Assembly (NCBI GenBank): GCA_964016885.1
Contig: OZ024750.1
Coordinates: forward strand, 47,182,001 to 47,246,000
Source: Eledone cirrhosa
Lineage: Eukaryota
DNA: 64,000 nucleotides
Direction: 5' to 3'
Part shown: positions 56,661-64,000 of the stretch, one piece after another
Layout of the letters: every line of letters starts with the position of its first letter
Position numbering within the stretch: position 1 is the stretch's first letter
The notes under the pieces: generated by a model
Database searches by the model: none
Told to the model about the DNA's origin: nothing
Seen by the model: only the letters and a program-made list of their open reading frames with translations
Position numbers and translations under genes: made by a program

Positions 56661-59357
56661 TTAATTGTAAGTTGTGATGTTGCTGTTCCACTCATATTTT
56701 CTATTTAATTTTGGTTTTAATTCTTTTATGCTTACTGCCTCTGTAATTTGCCTAAACATTGCGTCTTTCTTGTGTGTGGATTCTATTTTTATTTCTATGC
56801 TCTCTAATTTACCCCTGTGTTCTATCTTAGCATGTTGGTAGAGCACAGATGATTCTTTACTATCTTGGAGGTCTCGCCAGTGTTAATTTATTCGTTCCCC
56901 TATACTACGAGCTGTCTCACCTATGTACACTATATTTTTGTTTCTACATTGTCCTTCAGTACATCTTATGCTATATACTACATTTCTAGTTTTACAGTTA
57001 ATATGGGGGCTTATTTTACAGGTTATACATTTCTTATCTATACATGAGGGTCTTTGGAACGGGTATGTCTTGCTAATAAGTGTTTTTACGGAGGTACCAG
57101 GTCTTTCTACTATCTTAATATTGAGATTATGTTTCTTTAGGGCCCTTCTAAATTTGTAGGCTAGTTCGCCTCTAGGGGTTGTATTGATGAACATTACACT
57201 CTGGTATTTATTGCTATCATACCATGAGTTTATTCTATTGGCCTTGTTCTTAGTTCTTTCTATTCTATTCCAAAATTTGCTCCTATACAAGGGGCAGGTC
57301 CCATTTATGTCATTATTTACCATGTTTTCCCATTTGGTTCTGGCTCCTTTATACACTCTGATTCTATCTCTCTGATTGTAGCCAGAGAACTGCATACGGT
57401 GGATGAAGTGTTGTATGTGTCTCTCTAGTTCTTCGGGGTTGCACATGCGGGACACATTTCTCATCACCCGTATCAAATCCGCAATCAGTATGTTGATTTT
57501 GGTATGGTCCGAAATGGCCGAGTTTCGGTGGATCAGATGTTTGGAAGTCATGGGTTTGGCATAATGGGAATGGAGGATTTGTTTTTGGTTGTTAATAGTA
57601 TCTAACCAGAGCTCTGTGTCTAGTACAGGTAATCGATGGTTGGGGTGTCTACTTGGGTAGTCTATAGTAACTCTAATGCTCTGGTGGATGGAGTTTGCTA
57701 TTTGCTGGATGCTTTCCATTGTGTTTTTCTCTGGTTCCTGACTGTTCTTTAGTGGGGGTGTCTTAACTACGATGTTTATATCATCTACGTAGCGGGAGTA
57801 CATTATCAGGGTTAAGCTGTCTTCTAATTGTTCTTTAAGTTTTTGTTTAAGTCTACTGTCCCACCATACCATGAACAAGTTAGCTATGTCGCCTGCAATG
57901 CTAACACCAATGGCTGCTCCTTCCTCTTGGGCATATGTTTTACCATTAAATTTGAACATATGTTCCTTAAGGGTTAATTTTATGCTGGCCCCTACCGCAT
58001 GTGCAATCATTTTCTTCAGTTCATCGTGGTTTTCGGGTGTCCGTATGGCTCTGGTCCACCCGTTCCATCTATCTGTGTGGGTTTTCTTGGCCATTGAGGT
58101 AATGGTAGGTGGTCTGCCTCTTGCTGGTCTTGTAGGGCACAGGTTGCTAAGGTCATAAGTGTCTAGGTAACTATTACTATGGGTAAGCTTAAGTAGAAGT
58201 CCCAGCTCACTGGTATCAATCCCCCGGAACTCAACCTTGCTCTCGCTGATCATTTCGACGCATTTCTCCACAGCAAAATCCACGTCAATAGATGGATACA
58301 GGGACACAACATCCATACTGCCTATTATGCAGTTTGTTAGGTCCCCAGATCGGTTACCCGCGCCGATTCTGCTGAGGAGGTCCTCCGTGCTGTCACACAC
58401 ATCTGGGGACATCTCAATGATGGGGCGTATGATCAGGGAGAGGAAGTAGGACAGTCTGTAGTTACTAGCAATGTTAGCCCCACAGACTGGCCGTGTTGGT
58501 GGTCCCGCGACAGGGTCCCAGCCCGTTTTATGGTCTTTTCGAAGCCCATACAACGCCGGCACGTCATTGTTCCAGGCCTGGAAGTTGTTGGCAGTCCTTT
58601 TGTTGGGCTGCATTATATTTGTCCACATCACCATATGGGCATTGAGGGTTTTTTCTCTATCCTCATGCTCCTGTGGTGTTACCTCTCTTGTGTTAGTGAT
58701 GTGGGGTTGCATTGCCTGGATGTAGTTTGGCAGGCTGTCAACCGACATTCTGCCAGACTTGTCTGTTGGAAAGCATGCTATCTCTCCATTACGCGAGCGC
58801 TGCATGAGCTTACGCAAGCCATTTGCAGATTCTTCTCCCAGTTGCTGGGCCTCTATTCTATTATGCTTCTTGCTATACTGTTCTATAATATTTCTAAGTT
58901 CGGATTTAGCTATACTAAATTGTGCTTCTGTTTGTTCATCGACCTGCGACGGCAACTGCATGCGTTTGTTAAATGGCAAAGTTGTGGCGTGGACTCGTCG
59001 TAGGTCGAATGATTTATCGGAGGGGTTATAAAACGGAGAGTTCCAGGCTGCTGCTTTATGTGTACTAGTGCTATTGTTAGTTGTGTTGTTTCTATTTCCA
59101 CCAACAGCAGCAGCCTCAGCTTCATGGTTGTTTCTATGTCTCTCATAATTACTCCTGTCTCTTTCCACTGGCTCAATGTTGTTATCTACCCTATTTTGTG
59201 TGTCTGTGTGTTCGTCTTGGTTATTCTCTTTGTCCTTAGTCTCCCTACTCCTTTTAATCCTATTACTTTCTCTTATTTCTCTGATTTCTGTGCTACTGTC
59301 ATTACTTGTTTTCTGTGTCTGTGTGTTTGTTAAGATTGTAGTGGTGGTGAGAGGCAT
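56661..59357 (-). pseudogene. Penelope-like RT-GIY-YIG ORF (824 aa + 74 codons beyond one premature TAA)
   Basis: PTDKSG, LYGLRKDHK, RPVCGA, SMDVVSLYPSI, QEEGAAIG, RYVDD, LPVLD, CIDKKCITC..NVVYSIRC..YIGETARS..ERIN*HW; stop at 56883-56885 where the 37683 copy has GAA (E). Confidence 0.92.
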
Positions 59358-59432
59358 TGAATGTGTGTGTGTTGTTGTTGTTGATGTGTGTTGTTGTTGA
59401 TGTGTGTTGTTGTCTCCGTGTGTGTGTGTGTT

Positions 59433-62385
<2,953 letters not shown>

Positions 62386-62519
62386 TACAATCATACACCC
62401 TTAATTACATGCGCACATATGTATTTTTATACTCACATACAAACACCCAAACATACATACCTACCTACATATACATACATACATCCTGGCTGTTTCTATG
62501 TCTCTCATATATGAGAGAT

Positions 62520-64000
62520 ATGAGAGACATAGAAAGAACCATGAAGCTGAGGCTGCTGGTGGAAATAGAAATAGAAATAACACAACTAACAATAATAATA
62601 GCACTAGTACACATAAAGCAGCAGCCTGGAACTCTCCGTTTTATAACCCCTCCGATAAATCATTCGACCTACGGCGAGTCCACGCCACGACTTTGCCATT
62701 TAACAAACGCACGCAGTTGCCGTCGCAGGTCGATGAACAAATAGAAGCACAATTTAGTATAGCTAAATCCTAACTTAGAAATATTATAGAACAGTGTAGC
62801 AAGAAGCATAATAGAATAGAGGCCCAGCAACTGGGAGAAGAATCTGCAAATGGCTTGCGTAAGCTCATGCAGCGCTCGCGTAATGGAGAGATTGCATGTT
62901 TTCCAACAGACAAGTCTGGCAGAATGTCGGTTGACAGCCTGCCAAACTACATCCAGGCAATGCAACCCCACATCACTAACACGAGAGAGGTAACACCACA
63001 GGAGCATGAGGATAGAGAAAAAGCCCTCAATGCCCATATGGTGATGTGGACAAATATAATGCAGCCCAACAAAAGGACTGCCAACAACTTCCAGGCCTGG
63101 AACAATGACGTGCCGGCGTTGTATGGGCTTCGAAAAGACCATAAAACGGGCTGGGACCCTGTCACGGGACCACCAACACGACCAGTCTGTGGGGCTAACA
63201 TTGCTAGTAACTACAGACTATCCTACTTCCTCTCCCTGATCATACGCCCCATCATTGAGATGTCCCCAGATGTGTGTGACAGCACGGAGGACCTCCTCAG
63301 CAGAATCGGCGCGGGTAACCGATCTGGGGACCTAACAAACTGCATAATAGGCAGTATGGATGTTGTGTCCCAGTATCCATTTATTGACGTGGATTTTGCT
63401 GTGGAGAAATGCGTAGAAATGATCAGCGAGAGCAAGGTTGAGTTCCGTGGGATTGATACCAGTGAGCTGGGACTTCTACTTAAGCTTACCCATAGTAATA
63501 GTTACCTAGACACTTATGACCTTAGCAACCTGTGCCCTACAAGACCAGCAAGAGGCAGACCACCTACCATTACCTCAATGGCCAAGAAAACCTACACAGA
63601 TAGATGGAACGGGTGGACCAGAGCCATACGGACACCCGAAAACCACGATGAAGTGAAGAAAATGATTGCACATGCGGTAGGGGCCAGCATAAAATTAACC
63701 CTTAAGGAACATATGTTCAAATTTAATGGTAACACATATGCCCAAGAGGAAGGAGCAGCCATTGGTGTTAGCATTGCAGGCGACATAGCTAACTTATTCA
63801 TGGTATGGTGGGACAGTAGACTTAAACAAAAAATTAATGAACAATTAGAAGACAGCTTAACCCTGATAATGTACTCCCGCTACGTAGATGATATAAACAT
63901 CGTAGTTAAGACACCCCCACTAAAGAACAGTCAGGAACTAGAGACAAACACAATGGAAAGCATCCAGCAAATAGCAAACTCCATCCACCAGAGCATTAGA
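62520..64000 (+). mobile_element. Further 5'-truncated Penelope-like copy running off the window
   Basis: Matches reverse complement of ~59145-57675; premature TAA at 62771 (GAA in the other copy); RT motifs through RYVDD. Confidence 0.95.

Noticed and set aside
56661-59357. Possible selenocysteine or readthrough recoding (reported for some Naiads)
   Set aside because: The interrupting codon is TAA, not TGA, and another copy has GAA there; no in-frame TGA in the ORF
57871-59400. Plus-strand ORFs overlapping the Penelope ORF (also 54545-55269 over the LINE and 62669-63801)
   Set aside because: Antisense shadows of RT coding sequence

Overview
AT-rich eukaryotic (animal) DNA. The SINE family and microsatellite style suggest an octopod cephalopod (inference from recalled repeat families). 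The only host-gene sequence I recognise is one internal 258-nt minus-strand exon (27692-27949) of a kainate-type ionotropic glutamate receptor, so most of the window is probably intronic. The rest is (TA)n/(CA)n/(TAA)n microsatellite and transposons: five arms or fragments of one Penelope-like element (RT + GIY-YIG, Naiad-like), a young 5'-truncated CR1-group LINE, R4/Dong, L1/Tx1 and RTE fragments, a Helitron remnant, a hairpin MITE and about a dozen tRNA-type SINEs. The main hidden signal is about 20 minimal type I hammerhead ribozyme (HHR) motifs from at least seven sequence-unrelated families, all sitting in (TA)n tracts. Two of these families form retrozyme-like tandem arrays (about 466-bp and 312-bp monomers). 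Both arrays, a 380-bp hairpin, tiny terminal footprints and the autonomous Penelope-like element share one architecture: two arms joined head-to-head with 3' ends pointing out into (TA)n. Most long I/Y-rich ORFs in the supplied track are microsatellite artefacts. All alignments and foldings were done by eye.
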